This document shows, piece after piece, positions 26,701-41,624 of a stretch of DNA of 64,000 nucleotides. Source of the stretch: Yuukianura sp. NJ FZ-2021. Taxonomy: Eukaryota. A program made the translations under genes and the position numbers. Within the stretch, counting starts at the first letter, position 1, and every line of letters begins with the position of its first letter. Below the pieces are notes generated by a model that saw only the letters and a program-made list of their open reading frames with translations, had not been told where the DNA came from and ran no database searches. Location of the stretch: contig CM102290.1 in NCBI GenBank assembly GCA_046563655.1, forward strand, positions 2,542,001 through 2,606,000, in the 5' to 3' direction.

Positions 26701-28822
26701 TTTATGGGAATCTTGGATTCTTGAATTGCCCTACAATTTGCCTCTTTTTGCAATTTATTTGACATTGTGTCGCTCCTATTTTTACCCGTTTGTCTCCCTT
26801 ATTATCCACAAATTGGAATATGAACATAGTCTATTTTTCTTTTTTGGCAAAGAACACAACGACCTTATGTAAATTTAAAAACTTATTTCTCTCATCCCGC
26901 CACAGTTGTGGCTTCTTCGTATTTTGTGAATAACTCCTTCCTGTGCGCATTCGGGAGACCTAAGAATGTTGCCCCAGCACGCAAACTTTGTCAAGATGAG
27001 AAGATAATATACAAAGACGGTTAGGCTAGTAGTGGTACTTTAAGTTTTAGCAGAGCCAAATACTTGGCAAAGTTTGTGACTTTTGGGGATTGAGGAAGAT
27101 CTTTGGAACGAAGGATACAAGCCATTGGAGTTCACCATAAGTGTTGGAGACCGCAGCACAATATGCCAAAATTTGCAAATAATCTGCATTCGCACGGAGT
27201 GACGACCCTGCTGCTCTCATCTTCCTCTATCACATTGACACTTTTGCATATAAATGGAATAATTCCCAATATTCACCCACACGTTCAGTTTTCAAACTTG
27301 TGGTTTTTTGAGCATGAGCACTAAAAAGTATAAGGGGTTAGAAGAACACAAATCGGAAAAAAAATATTTCCAGGTTTGAGCACGATCTTGGCAATAAGAG
27401 ATCCAGAGAGGCAAGCGTCATATCTCAAATCATAAAAATCATTGACGTTAAAGACCTCCGTTGCAAGAAACGAGAAAAAGAAAAACGATTTCCCATTTTC
27501 CGAAGGAAGTGTTCAGTGATGAAAGGAGTTCCGTATTTTAAAAAAAAATCATATTTTTCCATTTCTTTTTCTCGCTTTTTCAAAAGTATTGATTGATTTC
27601 TTGCAATTGACAAAACTATAAAAGTCAAATCCTGAAGCCCTTCCGTGTTCCAAGTAAAATGTGATGAATAAGGATTTTGGTAACTGAAGATGAAAAGAGC
27701 ATTTTGTACTTGGAAATTTTGAGCAGTGAGGAGAGAAATCCGATTTCCTACTGCTGAGCTGTTCTGTTTTTTTGTCAAAGTTCAAACCGAATACTGAAAA
27801 ACAGGACCATATCATGCCAGACTATACTGAGAACATAATGAATATTATAAGGCTGCTCAGGAGGCGGTAGAATTGCATTTCATTGTCTTCTTTCACCCTT
27901 TGTCTCAGAACACAACACCATCCCAAAAGTAGAACATTTCAAATTAATGTTGGAGTCTGGAAAATTTTCTCTCAATTTTTCCTTTCTCTTAGAACAAAAG
28001 ACATTTTCTGTATTGATGTGCTATGGTCACAAGATGCTGCTGACGCTGACGTTTGCTGAAGATGAGTTGTTGACTGTTGCTTAAAGTGCTTGACAAAGTC
28101 AATTAATTGTGTCAGAGAAAGTTAGATGCTAAAGTCAAAGTTATTTTGAGTCGTTAGAAAGTGTCTATGATGTAATCAAGCTTTCCTTCATATCCAACCC
28201 AAAATTTTTGAAAAAAAAAATACTTAAAAAGAATTTGTTCTTGTAAAGTTTGAACATTTGTGAATGCTACTTTTCACTTTTTGGAGACTAAAATTTCCAC
28301 AACCGCGCTGAGTTCCACTAAGGTTAACTTTTGAAGTAGTTTTCAGACGTTCGAATTTTACTTGATCTAAACTCAGAAAGTTCCAATTGCGAAATTTTTT
28401 TAAATAAACTATTCGTAGGATTTTTTTTTAAATTCGAATTTTCAACAATCCCAAATTCTTCTCCAGACTCCAAATGTTTACCGATGGATCTAATTACTAA
28501 TTAACTTCAATTAACAAAAATGCGTCAATCTAATTACTAAATTGGTTTATAGAAATCATATAAATGAGTTGATTCTCACCTGTTTGAATCCTCTGTATAA
28601 AAATCTGATTTCACTTTTAGTGAATTTGGTAGTAGAGCAGAGTTCGTCTAGAAAGGGCCTATAGGTGGACGGGAAAATTGGATGTGTCAAATCTGGATCA
28701 TCCATAATCGTTGAACTCGTCACCATCTTCTCACCACTACTCACACTAGTCGTTTCGGACATCATCTTCACAGTGGTTGTGGGGACGGAGGTCCCCCTCT
28801 GCCAAAATTTCAACCACACCAT
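23746..28822 (-). CDS. KChIP: Kv channel-interacting protein (KChIP/KCNIP; NCS-family EF-hand protein)
   Basis: Exons 28580-28822, 26511-26580 (70 nt), 25907-25977 (71 nt), 25004-25168, 24393-24500, 23746-23793 join in frame: [65 protein letters not shown]...LSILLRGSNREKLKWIF...DLNGNGYITKLE...DINHDGIVTIEEFLESCLKDELILKSLQAF. The non-myristoylated extended N-terminus and TKFT/RGFK/CPxG/FFP-G/DGIVTIEEF motifs are KChIP-type. Confidence 0.92.
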
Positions 28823-31800
28823 TTTTTTAATTTTGCAAAAATATTACCCCACTGCCTCTTCCACTCTGTGCACAATTTCAAACGTAGATTCAAACTGTGC
28901 AGACTTTTTGGCAAAACGGTTCAAGAAAAACGGGCAGCCGAAGAAATTCTGTCCAGCGTGATTAATTGAATGACACATGGAACTAAGGCTCTGGTTCAAA
29001 ATGAAAAAACCCGTTCCTCACACACACTTTTTTAGAATTCGGACTTATTCTGAACGCGGTTGACTAAACTCGGGTTTCTAAAAACCTCATCTGCCTTGTA
29101 AATCCATTAGAGTCAGTAGGGTATAAGCATCTGTTTTGTGTCTCTCATGCGAGGGACTGGATCAAGACAAAAGTAAATGGGGATTTTAAAAGGTTTCGAA
29201 TAGCGAGGATGAAAAAAAAAACAATTCTTTATACTACTCTACTCACTCGGCTACTTTGTGCCAATATAATTTTCAACTAACGATACAAAGGGGATCAGGA
29301 ATTTCAAGAAAAAAACTAGACGAAATTCATAACAGTTTTTTTGAAACAGAACAGTTTCGTCTATTTCATCGCAACAGCATTCTCCTCAAGTTGAAAAAAT
29401 TTTTGTGAACGGATGAAACTTTCAACAAAAATTTTCTTATGGAAATTCCATAACAGTTTTTAAAAACTGTTGAAAACAGTGATAGAATATTAATCTTAGG
29501 CAATCTACTTGTTCCCAGCGGCTTTTTGCTTAAAATTTTAAAATTTTCTAACTGAAATCTTTCAAAAATTTCGATTCTAAGTTTATCTTCGGTCACAGAA
29601 GACAAAAAATCAAGAAAGTGTTGTCACCTTCTTATGACTTGTTAAGTTCCAATTAGTGAAAGTGAAAGTGACACAAGCAGGAAAAACTGCGTCTTCAATC
29701 TTTGGCGCTAATTGACATCAATTTCAATTTAGTTTGAGCAACACGGAGACACTTGATGATAGATCCAAAGAATGTTTGAAAATGTTGCGCAATGAAAAAA
29801 TTGAAAATTTAAAAAATTTTATGTAAAGTAAAATGAAGCTCACCTTCGACCTTTCACCGGAATGACTGGAAGGAACTGGTGCTAATCCAATTCCAAAAGA
29901 GAATGAGAACTAGAGGTTAGCGTAGTAGTTGGACACAGAATAAAAATGAGGACATGTTGTTGTAATTAGCTCAAACCCTAATGAGAACAAGCGGAGTGAG
30001 GTTTGTTTGCAGTTTTGGGCGCCGTTTTTTGAAGCGACAATGCTGCTGCTCAGATGCTGCCTTGCTCGTCCTAGTGACACAAGGCAGTGACTGAGGTGAG
30101 CCTGTGGTTTTTTTGTGCCTTCCGCCTAATTCCAGCCTCCACTCCGAACTGTGTTTCTTTCCGTGCCTTCCGTTCGTGTTCCTTCATAAAACGGAGCTGC
30201 CTCGAAACTTAGGAGGGAGAGCAGCGTTGCTTGCTTGACAGAGAAATGGCAGAAATTGTTTGAATTTGGGCTAGTGAGAGCATGGACGAAAGAAGTGAAG
30301 TGTACTGGAGCTGTCTAAGGTTAGGCAGTGGGTACGGTGGGTATCTTTTGGTGGGGAAGTACGAGGGAAGTGGTGCTGGTGGGATCCTAAGGTCTCTGGC
30401 CCTAGTTCCGCTTTCTCCTCCTATTTCAATGCCAATATTGATCAGGCCTCTTTCCAACCAAAGGAGAGAAGCAGAACAGCCAGCCGAGGCTCAACAGAAA
30501 AGGACCCGTACACTTAAGTACTTCCTCCTGCTTTTACTTCCTACGTTCGCGCGATTTAAAACACACCACAAATCAGCTCGAATACATACAGCAAAAAATC
30601 ACACACACAAAAATTAAATTTCAAAACACAACTTAACCTACTTTTGCAAAATCCCTTGTTTCCAGCACTGCAAACGTGAATTTGTAAAATTTGCAATGTT
30701 TAACATCATTCTACTTTTTCTAAAATTGTAATGCTTTGCAAAACTTTGAAAATTTCTCCAAAATTTGACTCAGAATTTGAGTTGTAGACAACCAGAACCG
30801 CTTGTCACACGTCTCACTCTCAACTTTTCTGGATTTTCTTTCAAAATTCTTATGAAATTTCCAATAGTAATTACAAAAACTCTCTTAAAAGGATTTAAAA
30901 AATGTAGAGCTTTTCTTGAAAAAGGTGAATAAAATCGAATCGAAGCTTTCGGCATTTGAGGATAGGGTTAGCCGCCTGAACATGGGGATGAGGAGAGTTA
31001 TTGATTCTAAGGAAAAGGGAATGGGGGGATATAGGGCAGAGGGAAGAAGAAGTGTGTTGCTTTCACCGCTTTCTCCTTTCTCAACCAACAATCCAAAGTG
31101 CTAAAACCTTACAGGAGCCAAAGGAACTTCCAATGAGAACTTTCCCTAAACTACACGTTTTGTGTCTCTGACTTTCCACAAGAACTTTGTCTTCCTGAAA
31201 AAAGAAGCAACGACTCAAGACAGACAATACCCTTGGCTCTTATGCGTTCTTATTTTTTAACGTCTACTTTCCTTTCCACCTCCACTTCTTTGTTTGAGCA
31301 AAAACAGAACAAATTTTTACTCTTTTTGAAGTTTAATCCAAAACTAACAAATATATACAACATCACTTAGGCGTGTTTTATCACGGAGAAGCAGGAAAAG
31401 GAGTTTGTGAAGCACTTTGGTCCCTCTAATTAGCTTTCTCTTTTTGAATAAAAAACAAACTAATGTTTTTCAAAGTAATTTTAAGAAAAAATGTGTGTCA
31501 AAACTTTGCACAACCTTAAAATTTTGGTTTTGTTCTTCCAATTTTCTATTTTTTCTCCTTGTTACACACAAGTATTGTTTTTGAGGTCCATGTTCAGTGA
31601 AAGTGTATGTGGTGAAAACACCCTAGCTATATGCCTTTTGTCTTCTTCACAAGTCGTTCTAAGCCTTTTTGAAGCACAAAATGGGTTCTTAAGTGTCATC
31701 TTATAGTTTTTGGCCGTAAGGGATCCGACCAGTAGTTTGGATGAAAAAGTACTTAAAGTTGGCTCACTCATATACGTCACGGAAAGAACTGGCTTATACT

Positions 31801-34800
31801 GCCCTATGGCATCACACTTCTGCAGACTCTCCTAACTTCCCGAAGAGAAAGTGATGCTAAAATGTGCTTTCTCCGTAGCATAACCTAACCCCTTTTAAAT
31901 TTATCCTCTCCATAAACTTTTATTTCCAAAGGCCCAATCGTAAGGAATCAAGTGTCCAGACTTATTGCCAAGAGCCGATTCTCCGTCACCTATCCATTTC
32001 TTTATATTTTGACATTGTATAGCTGGATAGTAGTGTGGAGTTAGCACTGGTTTTACTATTTCATAAAGAAAAAGTAAAGTTTTTAAGTCAAGTTTATAGA
32101 TTTTGTATAAATTTGAAATTCCGGATAGATAAAAATGTTTTTGACAAAGTTGTTCCGTTGTGTCATTTTGTACACAGAGTTGTTTTAGAGGAGACTATTA
32201 AGCAGTTTTGTAAGTTTTTGAAGAAAAAAGAACTGTCAGTAAGATTATGTAGGAGAGACTTCGTTTACGTTCCATTGCACAATGGTTGTCTCAAGAATTG
32301 CTTTTGTAAGTTTTTCAAAATGTTAGACTTTATGAAAAGCGTGGGAATTGAGAGATGTTGTGAAAAGAAAAAAGTTTTACGTGCGATTTCATTATTTTCT
32401 TGTCTCTATTGATCGAACACTTCCAAAGCATTTTCCCATTGTGCCTGTCATCTGCCGATTCTAAAGATTAAATGAGTGTAATCCTCTGCCTATTTTCTTC
32501 TAAGAAAAGAGTTTTAGCTCGTTTTCTACAGAAGAACAAATTCCTGGAAATTCGTTCTTAAAAACTTTTCCTTTTCTTGGATTTGGAGAGTGAAAGTTAT
32601 AATAAAAATCCGAATAAGTGCAGTTCCATATGGCCTCTGTCTATTTGCCTATAGTAGCCCAGAAGCAGTTTAATGGAGTCAATTATTCTGGATTCTAAGA
32701 GAACGGAACTACTACACTTAAGTAGTTCTTCCAACGACTTCAAATGGACAATTGTACTCTGGTTGATTAAGTCTGTAGATGGTGGTGGTGGTTGGTGGTA
32801 GGGAAAGTGAAAGTTTTGCATTGCAAAGGGAGTAACTATTTCTAGCATTTTAGGTAAAACGCCTAAAAAGTGTCGACAATTTTCCCGCGCACTACCCAAC
32901 CCCATCCTATAGTTTCCAAATTAACTTTCACTGTAATGTTCCACTCTTCCTCTGTCTTTACTTTTCCATTTTAGTCTCAAAAACTTTTCCTCTTCGTCTC
33001 CCGCCACACGCTTGATGTAAATTCATGACTTTCACTTCTATGCTTTCTCTCGTCGTCGAGTCATTTGACCATGTCAGCAGGAACGGAAAGTGACTCCAAA
33101 AGGCTCTTCTACTACCTATGTTTAGATTGTTTCCCGCCTTTCCTTTAGCTTTTTCCCTCATCATAGGCCCTTGGGATGTCATCTGAGACTTGAAATGGAA
33201 TGTGAACGAGAGGGTAGGATCTCGTTATTCGCCTGTCTATCTAGTGCTAGGTTGTTGGATTCTGCCTGTCCCACTTTTGTGCTCTTCGTAATTATTCTAC
33301 TTTCTCCAGTTATTCCGGTGGGAATAGTCTATCTTCACTGGAGCTAGACAAACCTTTTGGTTTTGTCTCCTGATTCTCAAATCTAAACCACACTTACCCC
33401 AGTTGGAAAGTTCTAACCTAGCTTAGTGTGGGCTGAGAACGGAAAGGTATACAGAAGACCAGAGAACTTCTAATTAATTTCGTCAAAGTCTTTCTCTCTA
33501 CTAGTCACACACAGTTCAAAATTTCAAAATGAAACAACTCATTTTTGCGTTTATGTTTTATTCATATGACGCAGTAATTTTAGACTCTAAAGTTTAATAA
33601 ATAATAACTTTCCATTTCTCCCGCCATAATTTCTTCTCCTTTGAAGCTTCACTACGAAATTTAGACTTTAAATAATAGTAACTCCTATATCTTTCAAAAC
33701 CAAAAACCAACTAAACATACAGATTATCGGAGAAAAGAAGTGCTGAACAAAAATTTGAAAAACTTGGACACAATTGTTCTTATCAAAACTTTTGTTAACT
33801 TTTGTCCAAATTTGGAAGAAAGTTTTGCCAACAATTTTGGTAGTTTTTGTATTACATTTCATGCCTTTTTTTTACTGCCCTGCTGCTGCTGGTGGTACTC
33901 AAATTGTTGTCTAGTTCTTTGGAAGGAGCGTCTAATTGTAAAAGGAAATTAGAAAGATTTTCGTAAGCTTCTGCTGAAGTATTGATCGGGAGACAGGCCA
34001 GGAGGACTGACGTCAGCCGAAAGTGAAAGTTCATCGCCATTTCCATTGGAGATGGAAGAAAGTAGGCAGGAACGAGATCTCTTCCAAGGCATCTTCCTCT
34101 CCCGTCAACCTTCAACCTCCCTTCCCTTCCAATTATTGCAGTCAACCCTACTTTTTCACAAAAATTATACCGGACTTGGACCATACTACACTATGAACTC
34201 TAAAGAAAACACAAAAAAACACAAAATAAACTTAACGTAAAGAAAAAAAACGGAAAGTTACAATTGGGAATCATTTAAAAATTTTCTTTGGTTCAAAAAT
34301 GCTGGGCCGAATTGAACTTTCTATTGGTGGTTGTTCATCTTGTAACTTTCAGTGTAGTAAGCTAAACTTGGTGAAGTGAGTTTCTATGTCTGTCATGGAT
34401 GGATGACGAATCGATGAATTCGGGGATGTTTTTTTATCCTTGAAAGAAAAAAGAGAATGTAACATAGACTTTTTTTTTTTAAAAGAAAAGAAGATTCCAC
34501 AAGAATCCATGAGCTCCTGCTTGAAGAAGGTGAAGAATTTCTTCAAATAAAATAAGTATTAAAAAGCCTTGGATTTTTTGGAGCTTCTCATAAAAACGTG
34601 AAAATCTTTTGACAGAAGATGAAGGTAAAAGTGTCAAGTGAAGATGAAAATTCCTCTGGGCGCTGCAGATCACTGACTTTCACTCGTCCTACTTTCTACA
34701 CATACTCATACTAGTTATAAGCTTATGTTATAGTCTTTTGTTCGTTTTAAAGAAGAAATGTAGAGTGATAGAGAATGATAAGAGCAGAAGGTGTCCAGAA

Positions 34801-36075
34801 TGGATCTTAAAGACAGGAAATTAAGTTTTTGCTAGGGAAGAGGATATGGGAGAGGAGATTCCTTTCACTTTTCACACCTGTGGCATACGAATATTCCCTC
34901 TGGGGAAAGTTAGGTCTGTAGAAAATAATGGAAAGAGAAAGCAGAGGCTCCCCTACAAATGCTACCCAGCCTCGGTTCATTCTTCTCTGTGTTAGATTAG
35001 TAATTTGAGCTAAGAACTAATTAAAAACTCAAGTTACCGAGTTATTATGATTCAAAAACATCGTTTGTCTTCTTTTTCCATATTTGAGATTAGGGAACCA
35101 CAGGGAGCCGCACTAACAAATTGTTATATTGTTTCACTATCTAAATGAAAAAGAAAGTTAAAAAAAACAAAAACACGTATATTCCAAGGAATCATAATGA
35201 AATTTCCTAACTTATTGTAAAATATAACTTAAGCATAAAATTCGACAAATTATATTATATGAAAATATAAAAAACTATATTGATAGGAGTGACCAATGTA
35301 TGTGTTTTGATTGCAAATTTAAAACACAATTTTATTTTATATATCAAGTTCACAAACCCAAGTTGCTGTTTAATTTCTTTTTAAAGAAAGGCTTTCCTTC
35401 GCTTTTCCCATGTTTTTTCTGAAATAATTTTTTGACACCGTTTTCAATTGAGGGTGAAAGTAAATTAGTCTAAATACAGCTCTATTTTTATATGATTACA
35501 ACAATATCGTTTCACACGGAGAGATGCGGGGAAAATAGTTCTACAGATTTACTTAATTTCGTAAAGTCGACTCTTTTGAAATGGTTTGTTGAACCCGTGT
35601 GTTCTGACTGCGGACTGATTCTCACTCAATAGCAACAATTAACCTTGACATTATTAATAAACGACAAAGTGCATGCAGACAGATTGTACAAATAGCCACA
35701 AAGGGTTTCCATAAACAACTAAACGTTATTTCTAAAGTTCAGCAAACCTTTTAAACTGAATTCACGGAAGTAATCTACCATGACGTAAAAAGTCCTAATC
35801 CTTGGCACAACAGCAAGTCAAAACTTCAACGGAAACTCTCCTTCTATTGAACAAGTTACATCATTTAACCTAAGATTGTTTCGGACGTAAACCATTGATT
35901 TAAAAAAAAAAGTCGGGACTTCAGGGTGTCGACTCTAAAACTGTTAAAATGGAACTAAAACTCAAATAGAGAGGTAAACTATGAAGACTAGTGCAAATTA
36001 CGGGGAAGGAACTTGTATACGTACAACCTTGTCAGACATGACAACGGAGTGACTCTAATAGACTGCACGACGGAA

Positions 36076-39000
36076 TTACGGCTCGTCGCAGTTCATAACC
36101 GTTGCGTCCTTCATAGCGGAAATCCACCTACAAGAGCAAACAAGTTAATAACAAATCGTAGCCAACTCTGCTAAAAAAATATGACAACTTAATTGTTACT
36201 TTTTAGCGGAAGAACTGCTATCAGCTTGAAAAATGTACGGATCTTGACCGCTGTGGGTTAGTTGAAAAATAGATTTCCCACCTTCCGTTTCTTCCATGTC
36301 CTACAAAACAGTATACAAAGTTGAAATCAGAAGATTGATTACTCAATTCTGTATGTTTTGTTTGAAGAAAATAAAAAAAAACTCACCTCACCACCCGTAA
36401 CAAGTTCAACTTGATATCCCAGAATAGGAATCCCACGAATTGCTGCGATGTCTTCAGAAGCAGCGTAAATGTACAATACACGGTCCATCAGTGAGAACCA
36501 ATTCTTTTTCCAGGCTTTCTTCCCTTCTCGCCAAATCAGATAACCACTCATTGCAGAACCAGAAGCATTTCCATGTATCTAAAACACACACCAAAATGTT
36601 AACGAAAAACGCTTTGATTTGCACCAAAATATTGAAAATGTACTTCGAGCCTTGTTGGAATTGACTTCTTATGTTTGGCTCCCCGTTTCGAAATACTAGG
36701 AGTCCCTTTCTTGAATCGATTTCGAATAGCTTCAACAGTATCTTGGCAATTCTGCCGATTTTCTAAATCAAATTCTAAACAAAAACTTTATTTCCCACCA
36801 TTCAAGTCGTATTTATCAAAGGCTAACGAAAAGTTACCTTCCAGCAAATGTGTATAACATTCGTCGCAGACACGAGCAGCTTCAAAATTGAGGTACTGGA
36901 GTGGAGCTTCATTGCCCGAGCAGTGACTACAAACAACCTAAACCAAATTGAGTAAATTAATGATCTGATTAGCAAGAAAATTTTCAATTCTCTTCTAACC
37001 TTGCCACAAGCTCGACAATGATGTCTTCTGAATGTCATTGTAAATTCGGCCGTGCATGACTGGCACATTGTTACTCTTCCATCAGCAATCCATACGGGGG
37101 CCTGAAGAATTGAGACAATGGATCAGATCCTAAGAATAAATGGAACTTAAACAAGCTAAACCTCACCACTTTGCCAATCTCTGTCACGAGTTCACGATCG
37201 AATTCTTGATAAGTACCAGCACGCTTCTTGATATTGTTTTTAATAGCAACATTCAGCGACTTTAACCATTCACTGCGCTCTTTCGAACTCCTGTCAATAT
37301 TTGAAATCGATAAAGTCTTCTTCCATACACCTAAACTTATGGCAATCTAAACTAAAATAACAATGAACTACTCACTTGGCGACAAGGTTGAAGCTCCGAG
37401 CTACGCTGATGACACTAAATTCATTTTGATAGTCTTCGTTAGCAGCAATTGCCACTCTCATTCCCGTGAGCGGAAGCTCGTAGCGTAATTTCAATTCTTT
37501 ACTTCCAGCTCCCGTGGGGGAACCGGCATATGTCATGCACAGAAGACAGTCACTCATCTGTAACCACACATTATTAAGATATATATTTCAATACAAGACA
37601 AATTCGTATTAAAAATCGTTGTCGAATTATCTCACGAGGGCGAAATATCTTGGCTGCAACTCTTTACGGCAAACTTTTCGAAGTTCTCCTTCACAAATAA
37701 GCTGACGATCCGACTTAAGAATGACGTTCTGTGGCAAACGTTTTTGAAGCTGTATTAACTTCTCTGCATTCATCTGCTCAAATCAAAAATTCAGTTTTCT
37801 TTGTGATACATTCAGTAAATAAGAACGTTAGAGGTAATGAAGCTGTGAAAGAGGCGCAGTTTTACAACAAACCTGAATTCGAATAGCTTCGTTGCCATGT
37901 TGTGCAACTTCTTTGACGATACGAATTGCTTCCACAGTACCCTCATAGTCTTCATTTGTAGGATCCAAGTTCTTGAGATAGTCTCCCAATAGTAGTGCAT
38001 ATTGAGGCATGCGCTGAACCGGTTTCAACATAAAGTGTTTAAGTCTCAAGGAGCGACAGCTTTCCGATTTTTCAAATTCAAGCACCGCTTTAGAGAAGTG
38101 AGGATTTTTTTCGTAGAGTTGCTCAAAAGTGGCGCTCAGTTTCTGGTAGTCTCGGATATAGGTTGAGTAATGCTTCAGAAATGGTCCAGTTTTGATGATG
38201 ATATCAGAAACTTTTGGAGTCGTTCTCCATGAAGCAATCCGTTTTTCAAGATCATGAATCAGAGACTCATTGACAAGCTTCAAATTCGGAAGGCCACCAA
38301 GAATTGAATCCAGACTCTGCTTGCTAATAATAGTGTGGCCAAGCTTTTCTTCAGTAGCTCTGACGAACTTCGGAAACTCCACAGTGAGCAAGTTTAGCAC
38401 ATCTACAAAGGTTCTTTCTGACGTTAGAATTTCTCTGGCGACATAGAAAGCTTGTCGTTCCTTGTTCTCCGTAAGTCCAGATAAAATGTCGTCGTAGCTC
38501 TGTAGACTATTCCCAGTTCGGTCTTTATCCAAAGCAAAATCCACTTGAAGAGATGTTGACGATTGGCGGTCCTCAGTGCTTGCGTCTATCTGACCAGAAC
38601 CAGAACTGTACCGTTTGAAATCACCGGTTGACTGCGAAGTTGCCGTGGACTCCTGAGAAGAAGCAAATCCTTGGGGATTGATTTTTGAAAACGTTTCTTT
38701 TCCGCCAGTTAAACGAATGGCCTTCCCTCTTGTCAAGTAAACTTCGCTTTTGGATTTCTTTCCATTCTGTGGCATTTGTATGGCATCAAAGAAAAAATTA
38801 GTTTTGGCTTTTTCTTTTCTCCTGTGTCCAGAACTGCCTCCTCGTACACCAACAAGTTTTCGGGCATGATAACTTCCAGCTTGAGCACCACCTTTTCCAA
38901 AAGACGCAAAGATTGAGCTGACGATGCGTTTGGACTTGGAAGTTGTCGAGGTTCCACTAAATGTACGGATACTACTGCTTGGACTACAGTCTTCAATTGA

Positions 39001-41624
39001 ACCTCCTTGATAAGCATCTGAGTTCTCTGCATCTCCGAGAGCACCAGTAGACAATTCTCCTTCGTCGGCCCATTGAACGCTGGAGTTGATACTTCCAGAA
39101 ATACTAATCGTACGTTCCCGTAAACTGCTTGAAGAAGATGATGTTGGAGAGGATTCTGTAAACGAAGAAGCGTGTTCTGAACAGGTCCAAGATCTTCGTC
39201 GAAACGATCCTCTTGAAATCAGCGGCGGTAGTACTGGTTGCCAATTCTCTTTCGACAAAATTCCAGACGGTTTTTCTTTAATGTCTGCTACGGCTGTACT
39301 GTTTACAACTTCGGATTTCTTAGACTGAGGCTTGAACTGTTCCTGACTGCGAATAATTTCATGAATCAAATCAGCGTCAGAAGAAATCGTTCCTCTGTGT
39401 TCCTCTGATGCAGATTCAGGTTCGGTTACTCCAGCAAGTAACACGACTGGACTCATTTCTTTTTTCGCGACTTTCTCCAGCTCTGGTCCTGGACTAGAAT
39501 TCCTGCTCGTATCTTGGCAGATTTTGGTCCCGACTTTTTCATTTTTTCTATCCGTTTCAGTCTGTGGATCATCCTTCACAAGCTGCACTATCGTCATGCC
39601 TTGATTATCTTCACAATTATCAGCTACGTTCTCATCTGTCTCAGATTCGGATTCGGTTTCATCTGGGGCAGCTGAGGAGGGCAACGAAAAAGTCACAGTG
39701 TTTGTACGAGTGAATAGAAATGACTTGTTTTCTACAGGAGCAACTTTTTCCGTTGGATCATTGAAAACGTCTTCTACTAAATCCAAATCCAAAGAACTCT
39801 GATCTTCGGATATGTATTTTCCAAGCCAACTATTTGCTGCGGGAGGGGAAGTTGAAATTGGTTCACAATTTCGATAATCTCTGGACGTTTTGTCACCAGC
39901 TTCTACTGGCAATGGTGTCGGTGTCGATTGACTAATATCTGATGCCATGTGCTCTTCTGTTTGCGTTTCGGTTTCAGTGAGGTCGAGTTTGTTATTCAGT
40001 CTTTCGTTTTCTTCTTTAAGCCGTCGAGCTTCCCATTTCTTCTCTTTGTCAACAACAGCGTAAATAGGAGGGCTATTGCAAATGGACGGAGTGACAGGGG
40101 CGGATTGATGGCGCTGTAGTGATGAATTCTCCGTACCGACAGAGTGAGGTTTTTGACTATTTCTTCTTCGAGGCGGCGGTGGGGGAGCAGTTTTCTCAAT
40201 TGGCAATCCCAATTTGTCGTGAGACAACAAAAGACTAACCAGCTGAGACGACGTGGTCAAATCCAAGTGGGAAAAGCCGGACAACTTGGACGGTGACGAG
40301 GAGTTGGTGAAATTGGTAAACGGTGAGAATATTGTCCTTCTCCCTAAACTTGTACTTTTTCGTTGCGCTTGCAGACGTTGAACGGGATCTGCTATACCAG
40401 AATACTGAATTGGAAACTGCTGAAGAGTGGAGTGACGATTTAAACTGTTAGTTTTGGAAACGGCGAACGCTTGACCTTGGTTTGTGGCACTTTTTTCAGA
40501 CGACGTTTGGTATGCAATACTTTTGTCGGAAGGTCCTACAGGAGCATTAGGAACTGGCACTTCATCTAGGCTTTGACTTGGCACGGACGATTCACTGTTT
40601 TCTTCTATGAGTAAAGACGATCTCTGAACAGAGCTTAGTCTTCTGGGGGAAGCGATTTTTGCTGGAGAGGGTTTCGGAGGTATCACAGGCTTATTAGCAC
40701 AAAGTCCTGGAGATTTTAATTCTTCACCACAGTCCTTTGGAGTATCAGAACGTTTTGTGTCTGGATCCAATTTTAGGACGCCATCGTTTCTTCCGGATTC
40801 CTGTGTTCTTAAAAGGTAAAAAGTCAGTAAGATTTAATCCTGTCCTAAAAAAACTTGATCTGGCAATTTTCTGAGGTAACTTTTTGACAAATACCTGCGT
40901 TTTAGTAGAAGGTTCACTTGTGTTCCCACAGTAGACGTCGATACTCCTGGCTTACTGTCGACTGGATCGTGTTCCAGAAGTTTGAAACTTCCAGAGGATT
41001 TTGGTTTCGGTGGAATTGTAGGACGGCGAGTTGACGAAACACTTACAGAAGAGAAATCTGAAATTTTGAATAAAAATCAAAAAATTAATCTAAGAAAATG
41101 TCACTGCTTCGTTTTCGAATAATACCAGTAGCGTGTGTTCTGCGATCAAAGACGCCAACCTCTACGGACATTCGAAATAATGCCGAAACGCGCAGGATAA
41201 ACTCCAGAAAAGAAAAATCACGCGTAATTAAGCGTTACTTTCTTTGTTTCAACTGCCAATTTAAAGTTTTAGTTCTCAAATAACAAAAACGTTAGTCAGA
41301 AATGTTGCCTACTCGTGGTCACTTAAGCTTTTGGGCTTCACAGCGGTTCTGGAGGTATCAAATCTTACGTAGTACTTTATGTGGTGGATTCCTATGAGTC
41401 AGAATATTTTTATACCTATGCTTACGACTGCGCTTGTACTTTGACTTTTAGGAAGATTCGCAAGAAAAGATGCCAGAGTCCCTTGGTACCTTTCAAATGA
41501 AGTTACTGCCTTCAATGCAATTGGTGCGACCGCAATTGATAAATCAATTGAACCTGAAGCGAAGATGAATTAGTAGTTTTATAGGCTTACCATGATGGGG
41601 TGGCGAGGAGGCTGCCGCGTCCAT
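36076..41624 (-). CDS. FGD: FYVE, RhoGEF and PH domain-containing protein (FGD family Cdc42 GEF)
   Basis: Inferred start [11 protein letters not shown] (41591-41624) spliced to ~40895-41058, then a ~2.9 kb exon (37873-~40800) ending in the DH domain ([12 protein letters not shown]...[14 protein letters not shown]). Then PH, FYVE ([13 protein letters not shown]...[13 protein letters not shown]...RVCDEC) and second PH ([18 protein letters not shown]...WISAMKDA), stop TAA at 36076. Confidence 0.9.
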
